Virus record (IMG/VR): IMGVR_UViG_3300021085_000013
Location: 1 to 64,000 of that record
DNA from: an uncultured virus (IMG/VR IMGVR_UViG_3300021085_000013)
Lineage: Duplodnaviria > Heunggongvirae > Uroviricota > Caudoviricetes
Reading direction: 5' to 3' (one strand)
Length of the DNA stretch: 64,000 nt
Of the stretch, positions 28,495-38,206 are shown one piece after another. Every line of letters begins with the position of its first letter. Positions within the stretch are counted from its first letter, which is position 1. The position numbers were made by a program, and so were the translations under genes. The notes under the pieces are model-generated. The model had not been told where the DNA came from. It made no database searches and worked only from the letters and a program-made list of their open reading frames with translations.

Positions 28495-29892
28495 TTATCT
28501 TAATCTTTTTTTAAGTCTGTCGGCTTTAGTGAAATATTCGTATGAGGTTTGTTTATAATCTTTACGCTGATCATATAAATCTCCTAGAATTTTCTTTAAC
28601 ATTGAAGTCTCTTGTTTATATACTACTCCGTTTTCACAAACGATTACTTCTTTATCTTTTCTTCGCTCAGCGACTTCATGCTTTGCTACCTTTTCAACAA
28701 AGGCGTCGGGTGAAATATTAAATTGTCTCATTATAGAAGGATATAGTGATGCGAAGTCAAATGCACTTACACCTGCATAATACCCTGTAATGGGTTCTTT
28801 TACATAAGCACCTGCATATTGTGCATTCTTTTCACTGTCTTCCTTCTTTTCAGATCCAATTCGTTTACCTTCTTCTGATAGTTTTCGTGCAATCAGGGAT
28901 TCTGTAACTGCCACTGGTGATGCTGCTTTATATAGAGGCATCTTTGTAATGTTTGCCAAGGTTAAAAGAACTTCCATCGATTTCAACTTCTGATCTATAT
29001 AATAAACCAGTACGGAATCGACTACATTGTAGTAAATGTATTTTACAAAATCATCTCTATATAAATCCTGTAGAGATCCTGTAAATTTAATCTTGTTAAC
29101 ATTAAGAACTTGGCCTGAAACATAATCAAGTGCATTGGATTCTTTTACCTTTACACTTCTATCATATTTATCATATAATTGCATGTAATCTAAGATTCCA
29201 ATATGTAAAGGTCTGCTATCATTTCTATCCAAAGACTGTGTCATAGAAACTTCAGCAATGTCTATTTGTAATCTTTTACATCTATTTACGATATACTGCC
29301 AATCATAATTAATAAAGTTCCAGCCTGTCATCATTGGAAACTTAGGTAGGAACTTCATTAAGAACGTATAGACCATATCATATTCTGACTCGAATTTCTG
29401 ATATTTGAATTCCCAATCCTGATCAAAGTCTTTAAAATACTTATTAGTATCGTCTTCTATTTTTTGAATGCTTTTAGAATCCATATCTTCCAATCCTAAT
29501 ACAATAGCCTTATGTTCTGGTGTAATTATGGAAAATGACAGGATTCTACTTTTAGCTTCTTCGGCTTTTGGAAAGCCATCTACGATTTCAGTTTCAATAT
29601 CGACGAAGTATGTTTTAGGCATATTGTATGCAAAGATTTCTTCTTTATCCTTTGCGGGTAATGAATCTAAGAAATAAGTTAAAGAAAACTTATTATATCT
29701 TCTTGCACTTCCTAGTTTGACTGATCTGCCATCCCAGTTTTTATGATCTAGACTTCTGCCTTTATCATTATCATTACATACATACCAGTTCTGATACTGT
29801 GAAATTGGATATTGTTTAAATGCTACTTTACCTTCGGTGTCGTAGTAAGAGATGATAACATCCCTGTCTCTCTGTTCAATATCTAATATCAT
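28495..29892 (-). CDS. gp43: Family B DNA polymerase, N-terminal half (3'-5' exonuclease + motif A)
   Basis: ExoI DIETE, ExoII GWNFINYD, ExoIII YNVVD, YAGAYVKEP, motif A DFASLYPS; ends in first fingers helix. Confidence 0.92.
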   Translation of the reverse strand: MILDIEQRDRDVIISYYDTEGKVAFKQYPISQYQNWYVCNDNDKGRSLDHKNWDGRSVKLGSARRYNKFSLTYFLDSLPAKDKEEIFAYNMPKTYFVDIETEIVDGFPKAEEAKSRILSFSIITPEHKAIVLGLEDMDSKSIQKIEDDTNKYFKDFDQDWEFKYQKFESEYDMVYTFLMKFLPKFPMMTGWNFINYDWQYIVNRCKRLQIDIAEVSMTQSLDRNDSRPLHIGILDYMQLYDKYDRSVKVKESNALDYVSGQVLNVNKIKFTGSLQDLYRDDFVKYIYYNVVDSVLVYYIDQKLKSMEVLLTLANITKMPLYKAASPVAVTESLIARKLSEEGKRIGSEKKEDSEKNAQYAGAYVKEPITGYYAGVSAFDFASLYPSIMRQFNISPDAFVEKVAKHEVAERRKDKEVIVCENGVVYKQETSMLKKILGDLYDQRKDYKQTSYEYFTKADRLKKRLR

Positions 29893-30359
29893 TAATAGTT
29901 ATTTTTCTGACGGTTAACATTCTCTTCTGCTTTTGCAAAGTAGTAGTTGTATGCTGTTTTAGCATCTAGCCCAATTGAAGCGGCGTAATTAATAAAGAAG
30001 TGTAGAATGTCTACCCATTCCATATACAATTCTTTTTTGTCGCCTTCGGACATGTCAGAAATTTTTAACTTATCATACTTAGTGAAGTCTTTTTTCCAGT
30101 ATTTCCATACTGCATTACCGCTTCCGTCTTTAATACCACCTAGAGCATCTGTCATTTCATGAATTTCGTCAACTACTGCATGTGTGTTACAGTGCCAGAA
30201 ATCCATAATTTCTCGGATTGTCATATCATCAAAGTTTAAACCATAAGTCTGCTCTTGCATCTTCTTTTGGTTTTCCATGATATCTGCTAAGTGTGTTGTT
30301 GATTGGTCGTAAAAATCTTTTACTTCTAGATCTTTACATTCGTTGTCAATGTTTGCCAT
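29892..30359 (-). CDS. All-alpha dNTP pyrophosphatase (dimeric dUTPase / dCTPase-like)
   Basis: DEIHE, WKYWK, MEWVDILHF, K--EN--RQ motifs. Confidence 0.85.
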   Translation of the reverse strand: MANIDNECKDLEVKDFYDQSTTHLADIMENQKKMQEQTYGLNFDDMTIREIMDFWHCNTHAVVDEIHEMTDALGGIKDGSGNAVWKYWKKDFTKYDKLKISDMSEGDKKELYMEWVDILHFFINYAASIGLDAKTAYNYYFAKAEENVNRQKNNY

Positions 30360-30394
30360 TTTTCGCTACTTTTTAATGTTACTTATTATTCTAC

Positions 30395-31618
30395 TTAAAA
30401 TAATGAATCTGTTTTTAATTCTACTGGTTTTTCTACTGATCTTTTATTAACATTGTTAATAGCTTCAAAGAGATCATTGTTAACAACTTCTGGTGCGTTG
30501 TGTAATTTAGCTAATCTTAAAGAGTTTTTTCTAAACTCTTCTCTTCTTTCGTTATTGTTTGCTAATTCTAAAATCTGTGGAATAGAAGCTGCAATATCTT
30601 CTTTGTCTACGAAGATTGCAAAATCTTCAAGTTCTATGAAAGGAACTCCTTCTGTTCTGTGAATAACGTGAGTTCCCCAGTGTTTGTCAAATAACGGTAT
30701 AGTTCCCGCTGCAATAACTTCACACATTGCGTATTCAATCATTGAACCATAAAGTCTTTCTGGTAAGTTAAAGAATTCTGCACCAAACATTGATTTTCCA
30801 AGTTCTGCCATTCCTTCTGCTAAATTATAAGGCCCATACATATACATTCTGTCTTCGACTTGTGGATATGTAACAGGGTTTTTAATTTCATGAACTTCAA
30901 AGATATCTTCTCTTAGAGTTTTTCTATCTTCTTGTAAAAACATAGGAAGAGCTCCAATAGATCTTTCAACTCCTCTACATTCTGTTACGAAATTATTACC
31001 TTTCAATAGTTCCATAATATCGAACATTCTAAAAGGATCTTTAAATCCAGCGAATCTTCCGAAGTATGTGGTTCTTCTTTCTTGTTCTTCAACTGGAACC
31101 ACAATATTAGACCATGCATCATAGTCATAAGGATTAAGATTCATTTCAATTAATGGAGTATCAGGTGCATGTTCTCTTAATTTATTTGCAAAATTAGATC
31201 TTGCAGAATAGTTGAACATAGCGTCCATTGATTTCATGATTTCCCAATACTTATAATTCTTTGCTAAGTTTGCAGTGTTATGATCTAGGCAGTTTCCTAT
31301 TTTAATAGGATTTTCTAAACCATAAATACAATGTTCAATAAAGTCTTCGTTGAATTCATCTCCTACTGATTTATGTGGATATGAAGTGTAATATACTACA
31401 TCGCTCTTTTCAAGTTCTTTAGCAATATTAGGAATATCCTTTCTTTTAAATTCAGTACAAACGATATCTGTAGTTTTATGGCGAGGCCATTTCTTTTCTA
31501 CCGCTGCATAAATCGTGGCATCATGGCCTTCTTTTATAAGCCAATTATAAAATTCGATCGTGTGTCTTGTGAGTCCACAACCTTCAACTCCTTTTGCTAA
31601 TACTAATGCTATTTTCAT
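30395..31618 (-). CDS. agt: DNA alpha-glucosyltransferase homolog (T4 AGT family, GT-B)
   Basis: Collinear similarity to T4 AGT as recalled: AKGVEGCGLT, DH, GR---FK---MFD, GVERS, EY---E--A-GTIPLF-K. Confidence 0.85.
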   Translation of the reverse strand: MKIALVLAKGVEGCGLTRHTIEFYNWLIKEGHDATIYAAVEKKWPRHKTTDIVCTEFKRKDIPNIAKELEKSDVVYYTSYPHKSVGDEFNEDFIEHCIYGLENPIKIGNCLDHNTANLAKNYKYWEIMKSMDAMFNYSARSNFANKLREHAPDTPLIEMNLNPYDYDAWSNIVVPVEEQERRTTYFGRFAGFKDPFRMFDIMELLKGNNFVTECRGVERSIGALPMFLQEDRKTLREDIFEVHEIKNPVTYPQVEDRMYMYGPYNLAEGMAELGKSMFGAEFFNLPERLYGSMIEYAMCEVIAAGTIPLFDKHWGTHVIHRTEGVPFIELEDFAIFVDKEDIAASIPQILELANNNERREEFRKNSLRLAKLHNAPEVVNNDLFEAINNVNKRSVEKPVELKTDSLF

Positions 31619-31968
31619 ATTTGTGATCCGTGTTTTATGTTAAATCCTCCATGTTTTCTGTATGATTGGTCTTCTTCTCCTATTTGTATTTCTCCTTCAT
31701 ATCCTTTTTCAGATGAATCAGAATATACGTCCATTTCGGAATAGACCAAATCTCCTAATGCGTTATGAGTTTCTTCGTCATTTACCCCGATATCAGTTCC
31801 TACTAATTCGTCCATTCCTTCAAGCTCCCAATAGTTTTCTGCTAAGTATTGAACGAATTCTTCTTCAGTTGTTCCTTTATAATTAGGGAATTTTTCAGTG
31901 TCTAATGTTACGATAGGAGTTGCTTCGGCAATATATCGATACTCGGTTCTTCTTACCTGTACTTTCAT
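31615..31968 (-). CDS. Hypothetical acidic protein
   Basis: 117 aa, overlapping agt start. Confidence 0.6.
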   Translation of the reverse strand: MKVQVRRTEYRYIAEATPIVTLDTEKFPNYKGTTEEEFVQYLAENYWELEGMDELVGTDIGVNDEETHNALGDLVYSEMDVYSDSSEKGYEGEIQIGEEDQSYRKHGGFNIKHGSQI

Positions 31969-32235
31969 TTATTTTCCGTTTTCGTAATTATCTAAACCTT
32001 GAATGTATGCTACTGCATCTAAGAGATTATCTCTTTTATGATTGTAACTTTCTCTTGAAAACTTAAGAGCAACTAATGCTTTAAACATATCAGCGCCACT
32101 TACATCATGGCCTGTCATACCTTTAAATATTAGGGCAGCTCTGTCCATGCCTTCTGAAAAAGGACCGTAATTACGATCCGCTTCTTCACTCCTGTTGTTT
32201 ACAATTTCGTTTGCTTCTTCTAAGATACTTTTCAT
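31969..32235 (-). CDS. Small helical DUF6378-like (nucleotide-modification-associated) protein
   Basis: SILEEA-EIV--R----YG, ALK-SR, DNLLDAVAY pattern. Confidence 0.65.
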   Translation of the reverse strand: MKSILEEANEIVNNRSEEADRNYGPFSEGMDRAALIFKGMTGHDVSGADMFKALVALKFSRESYNHKRDNLLDAVAYIQGLDNYENGK

Positions 32236-32259
32236 AAGAATGTGTTTAACTATTATACT

Positions 32260-32436
32260 CTATATATGCGTTTTGTTTACGGCTAATTTTTCTAATTTTG
32301 ATTCTACTAGAATTATTAGATCTTCAATTCCTTCGTTATATGCAAATTGTGTTTCGTGGTCCATATTTGCATACTTAATTTCATCTGCTGCATCGGTTAG
32401 TAGATTAACCAATACCTTTACGTCTTCTTTGCTCAT
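32260..32436 (-). CDS. Small protein (58 aa) missed by ORF track
   Basis: Manual translation MSKEDVKVLVNLLTDAADEIKYANMDHETQFAYNEGIEDLIILVESKLEKLAVNKTHI. Confidence 0.6.
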   Translation of the reverse strand: MSKEDVKVLVNLLTDAADEIKYANMDHETQFAYNEGIEDLIILVESKLEKLAVNKTHI

Positions 32437-32443
32437 CTTTGTT

Positions 32444-33385
32444 TTATTTTAGTAAGTTTTCTATTCCTAATTCTTCGGCGAAAGCAACTGTGATATCCTT
32501 TAGCAACTTTATATTTTCTTCTGAGAAATCAGTGTTGTCAAATTTAAATGAAATTGTTTTATCATTGGCACCTGAACTTTCTTTTACGAATTCAAATCCT
32601 GGAACTTTAGATTTTATACTATCAATTATCTTTCCTGTTTCATCTATGATTCTAGTAAGTCCATGATCTTTAACTAAATATCCTGATATTTTAATTCCAA
32701 GGTCATGGTTCTTTTGATTAATAACCCATTCGATACCTAATCTAGAACCAGTATAAGCCTTTCCAATATAAAGGTATCTACTACGGTGTGGTAATTCTTT
32801 TCTATTTTTGAATCCCATTTCAGATGAAGCGACTTTCATCCATTTTAAACCAAGCTCTTCAAGTGAAGCGAGTTTAACTGAAACCTTTTCCTTCTTTTCT
32901 TCTATTCCATATACATCTGCAAAATAACCTTGATCATTGAACCTTAGGTGTATAGCATAAGAATCTTCCATCTTAGAAAATTCATTAAGATAGGGTGCGT
33001 CGAATTCTTTAAACGCGATTGCAAATGAATATACTTGTTCGTAGTCCTGTTTAAGTCTATTAGATTTAAGATAGAACTGTTCATGGTGATCATTGTCCCA
33101 TTTACCCTTTTGAGATTGACTCATCACTTCAAAATAATACATCTGTCCTTCGTCTTCAAACGTAAGATCAGCTCTTTTGGTTGCCATTCCAATTGTGATA
33201 GGTGTTTCTAATTTTCTGTCTATATCTTCAATGCTGGATAAACCACATGCTTCGATTACAGTGTTCATTTCTTCTTTGCCAAAAAAGGCTTCTACGAATT
33301 GAGTTTCTCTATTACATTCATAGGCTGAAAATACATCTGTTAACGTGTGGTCGTTAGTTTTAATTCCTTTCGAATATCTTTTCAT
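32444..33385 (-). CDS. Putative PD-(D/E)XK-like nuclease with DUF4268-like C-terminus
   Basis: LETPI...RADL...YFEV...DNDH pattern; own promoter at 33413-33443. Confidence 0.5.
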   Translation of the reverse strand: MKRYSKGIKTNDHTLTDVFSAYECNRETQFVEAFFGKEEMNTVIEACGLSSIEDIDRKLETPITIGMATKRADLTFEDEGQMYYFEVMSQSQKGKWDNDHHEQFYLKSNRLKQDYEQVYSFAIAFKEFDAPYLNEFSKMEDSYAIHLRFNDQGYFADVYGIEEKKEKVSVKLASLEELGLKWMKVASSEMGFKNRKELPHRSRYLYIGKAYTGSRLGIEWVINQKNHDLGIKISGYLVKDHGLTRIIDETGKIIDSIKSKVPGFEFVKESSGANDKTISFKFDNTDFSEENIKLLKDITVAFAEELGIENLLK

Positions 33386-33422
33386 TTATTGCTTTGTTTA
33401 TTAATTACTATACTAATATAAC

Positions 33423-33451
33423 AAAAAAACCCGAGATAAAAAAATCTCGGG
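33423..33451 (-). terminator. Terminator of the rmlB operon overlapping the next promoter
   Basis: Stem cccgagat/atctcggg, U7 tract on minus strand. Confidence 0.75.
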
Positions 33452-33480
33452 CTGCTTTTTTTCAAAAAAAGTGCAATGTT

Positions 33481-33696
33481 TTACAAATCTTCTGGAAAAT
33501 ACTTGTCAAGTGCTTCTAACTTATCATCAGCGTCAACTAACATTGATAAAGCTTCTTCTGCATTTTTATAGAAATCACCAGTTGAGTGATCTCCAATACC
33601 AGATCCTTTATTTCCTAAAAGATCTAAAGATAAAAGTGCTTTTGATTTTTCAGCTAAGGCACTAGCTCTTAGCATTTCGATTAATTTCTTATTCAT
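33481..33696 (-). CDS. Hypothetical protein (71 aa)
   Basis: ORF overlapping rmlB stop; GIGDHSTGDF motif. Confidence 0.6.
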   Translation of the reverse strand: MNKKLIEMLRASALAEKSKALLSLDLLGNKGSGIGDHSTGDFYKNAEEALSMLVDADDKLEALDKYFPEDL

Positions 33697-34622
33697 AATT
33701 GAGTTTCTAGTAGTTTAAATGTTTCTTCTTTTAAAAATTCTTCAAAGGATAAAGGGATCATTTCTCCTAAAATAGCATTTACCTTTGAGCTATTAAGTGC
33801 GTATCTTCTATCATGTCCGAGACGGTCTGCTACAAATTCAAATTCAGGAGTTTTGCCCATGATGTTTCCTATCATTTCAATAACTTCTAAATTAGTGTAT
33901 CTTTCCTCTGAACCAATATTAAATACTTCGTTAATTCGGTCTGACATCATTAAGTTATAAATAACTAAAGTGTTGTCTGTTACGTCCATCCATTCTCTAA
34001 CTTGCTTTCCATCTCCATAAACAGGAATTTTCTTTCCTTCTTTAATAGAGCGCATGATAGTTGGGATAAATTTTTCTTTATGTTGATGGGCACCATAATT
34101 GTTACATGTTCTGGTAATAATATATGGAAGATCAAATGTTCTGTTAGCTGAAAGGACTAGCATGTCTGATGATGCTTTAGTCGCCGAATAATAAGAAGAA
34201 GCTACTAGCGGAAATTCTTCATCCGCTACTACGTCCTTACTAATGTCGTCCATGTCGCCGTAAACTTCATCTGTAGAAATATGAATAAATTTTCTAAGAT
34301 TAGGGTTTTGTCTAGCACACTCTAAAAGATTGAACGTTCCTTCAACGTTTGTTCTAACGAAAGGTCTACCGTCTTTTATAGAATTATCCACATGACTCTC
34401 AGCTGCGAAGTGAACAAGGAAATCATATTCTCCTAGATCTTCTACTGTTACTTCGCAAATATCTTTCTGAATTAATGTTACTTTAGTTTTAATGTTATTT
34501 GGATTTGCAGCATAAGTCATTTTATCAACTACTACAATTTCTGCTGTTGGGTTTTTTCTACCAATCGTGTTTACAAATTCAGATCCTATAAATCCAAATC
34601 CACCAGTTACTATTATTCTCAT
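33693..34622 (-). CDS. rmlB: dTDP-glucose 4,6-dehydratase
   Basis: TGGFGFIGS, DKMTYA, HFAAESHVD, STDEVYG, YSATK, NNYG, DRLGHDRRY. Confidence 0.93.
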   Translation of the reverse strand: MRIIVTGGFGFIGSEFVNTIGRKNPTAEIVVVDKMTYAANPNNIKTKVTLIQKDICEVTVEDLGEYDFLVHFAAESHVDNSIKDGRPFVRTNVEGTFNLLECARQNPNLRKFIHISTDEVYGDMDDISKDVVADEEFPLVASSYYSATKASSDMLVLSANRTFDLPYIITRTCNNYGAHQHKEKFIPTIMRSIKEGKKIPVYGDGKQVREWMDVTDNTLVIYNLMMSDRINEVFNIGSEERYTNLEVIEMIGNIMGKTPEFEFVADRLGHDRRYALNSSKVNAILGEMIPLSFEEFLKEETFKLLETQL

Positions 34623-35113
34623 TTGTTATTAATTATTTTAGCCGCTTCATCAGCTGTTAATGACTTTACGTTTTCTTCTACAATAGAAGGATTCTGTAAG
34701 ATGGTTTGCTTAGTTATTAAATCTTTAATTCTTGTCGTAGACCAATTATGTGATCTAGTTGTATAAAGAACCTCAATTGGCATGTGATCTCCTGTGAATC
34801 TTTTACCAATGTAATCATCTCCTAAAATTCTAACATCTGGTTTATAAAATTCCATTAAGTTAATAAGATCTTCTTCTGTTTGATATGTAACTACTTCGTC
34901 TACATATTTAATAGCCATTAAAGTTTTATATCTTTCGTATAATGGAATTACTGGCTTGTATTTAGTAAATCTAGTTTCCGAAGGATCTCTTTGTAGAAAT
35001 ACCATAAAGTAATCGCAGTGTTCTTTTGCTGTTTCGAATGTGTAAATATATCCGGGGTGAAGAAGATCGAAGTTCCCTGCTGTAAATCCTATTTTACCTT
35101 TATTTTGATCCAT
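34619..35113 (-). CDS. Cytidylyltransferase (TagD/RfaE-like)
   Basis: GNFDLLHPGY, ERYKTL, YVDEV, LGDDY, RSHNWSTT. Confidence 0.85.
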   Translation of the reverse strand: MDQNKGKIGFTAGNFDLLHPGYIYTFETAKEHCDYFMVFLQRDPSETRFTKYKPVIPLYERYKTLMAIKYVDEVVTYQTEEDLINLMEFYKPDVRILGDDYIGKRFTGDHMPIEVLYTTRSHNWSTTRIKDLITKQTILQNPSIVEENVKSLTADEAAKIINNK

Positions 35114-35345
35114 TTATTTTATTTTCTTGTAACTTAATTCTGAGCCACAGTTGGTGAATAATTATTTCAATGGATTTTTCATCATCCTGTTCAAGCGCAG
35201 TAATTATAGAAAATTGATCAACTAGTTTTCTAGCAGAATCTAGATGATCAAAGGTAACGCAAGAATCAATGACAGCTTCGATTTTCTCTATCGCCTTAAT
35301 TGACCATGTTTTATAATTTCCGGGTCTGAAGATAATGTTATCCAT
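35100..35345 (-). CDS. Hypothetical protein (81 aa)
   Basis: First gene after promoter 35351-35378. Confidence 0.6.
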   Translation of the reverse strand: MDNIIFRPGNYKTWSIKAIEKIEAVIDSCVTFDHLDSARKLVDQFSIITALEQDDEKSIEIIIHQLWLRIKLQENKINGSK

Positions 35346-35375
35346 ATTATATTATACTTAAAAAGACTAAATTGT

Positions 35376-35768
35376 TTATATTTTATATTTAGATCTATAC
35401 CACTTGATAAGAATACTTGCAGTGCTGTAGTTGGTAGCCAAGGGGATGTCATGGACATCGCAAAGTCTCATTAGCATTGATATATCTACATCATGTGGAT
35501 GTTTATCGAGAGGGTCTCTCATGAATATTACGCCTGTGATTTCTCCTCTAACTACCATTGCCGCTATTTCAGCATCTCCACCTAGAGGACCACTTTGAAC
35601 AGTAGAAACTCTATCAATTCCAGCATGCTCTACCTTTTTCCCCGTAGTTCCTGTCGTAACTATATCCACTGCATCGCTATTAAAGAAATCTAATCTCTTA
35701 GAGACAAATGCTACCATGTCTGCTTTTTTGTTATCGTGTGCAATTAATGCGAATCTCATCTTGTCCAT
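35376..35768 (-). CDS. mgsA: Methylglyoxal synthase
   Basis: ALIAHDNKK, TTGTTG, SGPLGGDAEI, RDPL--HPHDVDI, ATN all present. Confidence 0.93.
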   Translation of the reverse strand: MDKMRFALIAHDNKKADMVAFVSKRLDFFNSDAVDIVTTGTTGKKVEHAGIDRVSTVQSGPLGGDAEIAAMVVRGEITGVIFMRDPLDKHPHDVDISMLMRLCDVHDIPLATNYSTASILIKWYRSKYKI

Positions 35769-35835
35769 ATCTTATTAATAAAAAATGCTCTGTAGTTATA
35801 CAGAGCATTCTTAAATTGTTTAAATATTTTAAAGA

Positions 35836-37884
35836 TTACCAGCTAGCGGCCCATACAAATTCAAAGTTATGTTTCTTACAAAACTTTTCAATCATATCTG
35901 AAATCTTAGCTTGGGCAGCTTCGTACTTAGCGTAATCTCTTCCATCTATAATATTATAAGCACTTTCACCATATTCATCAGGATGTCTTAATTCTCTTGG
36001 CTCGTCAGTCTTATAATAAACTTTCTTTTCAGCTGTTCTAATATAAGGCATTCTTAATTCTATTCTTCTATGTGCTTTTCTTCCGCTTGCCTTTGCGATG
36101 TCATATTGCTTTTCGATTCTTGGCTTTAATCTAGTCCATTCGGCTAATATTTTATCATTAGCTTTAAAACCTGCTAAAATAGTTTTCATGTCAAATTCTA
36201 CTCCGTTTACTCTTTTGTAATCTTTGAAAACTCCAACTACATCATCCATAAATTTATCAAAGCTAGAAATAGATTGATATGATCCATGGACAATTCCCAT
36301 ACCCCATTCATCTTCTACCTTTCCAGTTGATACTTTTTTGGTTCCATTGAATAATTTTGCAAATGAATAATTAGGTCTACGAGTTGAGTTGTTAGAAGAA
36401 AACTTAAATACTTCATGTTTCCATGATTTTCCTCGAAGATCAATAGCTAAACACAAATTACCTCCATAATTCCATTCTGATCTATAAACTCTACATCTAA
36501 ATTGAATTTTTGGAAATTCCTTTTTTAAACGCTCTGCCATTTGTAAACCATTACCGAAGTTAGATTCTCTTTTGTATGCTTCTTTACATTCTTTAGATTT
36601 TCTAGCAATAGCTAAAACCTTACTTATTGTATAGTATGTTTCTGAATCGAATATTTCATCATCTGTTTCTTTATCTAAAATAACATCTTCATTAATAGAT
36701 TTTAAATGAGTCAGTTTAGTGGATGTTGATTCTGCAAATGCTTCAATATCCCATTGGATTCTTTGCATTGGATCATCACCTCTAAAGTTTTTCTCAACCC
36801 AATCAATAAGACCTGGTTCGAATTGGGCGTTTTGTGCCATATCATAGGCATTCTTCCAACCGTCGTTTGATGCAACGTCTTCTAACCATTGGTCATATTT
36901 CCTTTGAGTCCATCTTACTTTCTTAACAGCTTTCTTATGAGGACCAGCTCCTAATGTTGACTTTACAGTATTGTAGTGTTCTGGACCTGCAAATACGCCT
37001 TCTGCCCATTCTTGATCTCTTTTATTACCGTCCCAATATTTAATTTCTTTTCTGAATCTTCTTAGTGAATAATTACCACCTTCAATTTGTTTACGCTTTG
37101 TTACTTCTCCTTGTCTGTAACCTATTTCAATCTTCTTTTCTTCGGCAGTTTTAGGATCCATTTCGAAATGTAAAGATTTTACTAAATCTCCAATACCATC
37201 AAATTTACCTTCAGTAACTACTGATTCATCTAAACCTAATGATTTATTAACTAGATCTTCAATAACAGTAGAATAATCGTCCTTCAAAGCCCATTTAATT
37301 GTTTGACCTTGACTTCTTGCTTTTTTGTTTATCCATTTAAGATGTGTTGCATCAGTAAGAAACTCGGAAGCTTCTTTTGCAATTCTCTTTGGATCCTTTT
37401 TCCATTCTTCAATAGTAGTGCCAAAGTTATTACCGTATGTAGAACCATTAGTTCTTTTAAGGTTATTGATTCCACCAATCTTAATGTATATGTCATTATT
37501 AATAGGCATTGCTTCAAAGAAAACTACATCTCTTTCTTCTGGGTTGTTTTCACCAGATAATTGATCAATAGCATAAGTACTATGAACTCTCCAAGTAGGT
37601 TCGCCCTTTACATTGTATGCTGCTGAGTGCGTATCTCCACCAAATTCAGAAGCTTTTAACTTATATGCTTTAGCTTCATTGGTGGATCCGAAAGATTCAA
37701 ATGATATAATGTTTTTCATTTCGCGTTGTTTCTTTTTATTTCTCTTCTTCTTATACTCTTCTTCGGCATCTCCCTTTCCGGCTGGAATATCCCCTGATCC
37801 AACTGATGTTTCAGTTGGTAAAGAGACTTCTCCCATTCCGGCCATATCGCCAAGTGATAAGTTTTCGTTTTCGTTTAATTCCAT
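35836..37884 (-). CDS. Putative capsid-packaged multi-domain protein (possible second start at 37719)
   Basis: Internal MKNIISFESFGSTNEA; linkers LDESVVTEG and KSINED. Confidence 0.65.
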   Translation of the reverse strand: MELNENENLSLGDMAGMGEVSLPTETSVGSGDIPAGKGDAEEEYKKKRNKKKQREMKNIISFESFGSTNEAKAYKLKASEFGGDTHSAAYNVKGEPTWRVHSTYAIDQLSGENNPEERDVVFFEAMPINNDIYIKIGGINNLKRTNGSTYGNNFGTTIEEWKKDPKRIAKEASEFLTDATHLKWINKKARSQGQTIKWALKDDYSTVIEDLVNKSLGLDESVVTEGKFDGIGDLVKSLHFEMDPKTAEEKKIEIGYRQGEVTKRKQIEGGNYSLRRFRKEIKYWDGNKRDQEWAEGVFAGPEHYNTVKSTLGAGPHKKAVKKVRWTQRKYDQWLEDVASNDGWKNAYDMAQNAQFEPGLIDWVEKNFRGDDPMQRIQWDIEAFAESTSTKLTHLKSINEDVILDKETDDEIFDSETYYTISKVLAIARKSKECKEAYKRESNFGNGLQMAERLKKEFPKIQFRCRVYRSEWNYGGNLCLAIDLRGKSWKHEVFKFSSNNSTRRPNYSFAKLFNGTKKVSTGKVEDEWGMGIVHGSYQSISSFDKFMDDVVGVFKDYKRVNGVEFDMKTILAGFKANDKILAEWTRLKPRIEKQYDIAKASGRKAHRRIELRMPYIRTAEKKVYYKTDEPRELRHPDEYGESAYNIIDGRDYAKYEAAQAKISDMIEKFCKKHNFEFVWAASW

Positions 37885-37887
37885 ATC

Positions 37888-38205
37888 TTAATATTCAAAT
37901 GGTGGAGTTCCATAATCACCTTGTTCGATGCCATACCATACTCCTGATACTTGTAAATACCACCATCCATATTTAGTGTCGTCTACTACTTTAAATTTCT
38001 TAGGTAATTTAACAGATTTTTTTGGAGCTCTAGCAATATACTTTAAAACTGGAACACCATCATCCCATGTTTTTTTAGTAGATCTTGCTTGAACTGATTG
38101 TCCATCTGAAAACGCATCAAATGCTTTTGCATCTTCTATTTCATCTGCTAATAAATCGATAGCTGATTCATTAATGTATTGTTCAAATAATTTTACTTTT
38201 TTCAT
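37888..38205 (-). CDS. Putative internal head protein
   Basis: N-terminus MKKVKLFEQYINES. Confidence 0.65.
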   Translation of the reverse strand: MKKVKLFEQYINESAIDLLADEIEDAKAFDAFSDGQSVQARSTKKTWDDGVPVLKYIARAPKKSVKLPKKFKVVDDTKYGWWYLQVSGVWYGIEQGDYGTPPFEY

Positions 38206-38206
38206 T

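Noticed and set aside
33693..35768. Host chromosomal contamination (rmlB, tagD-like, mgsA)
   Set aside because: Genes share phage promoter motifs, strand and composition, and overlap phage-type ORFs
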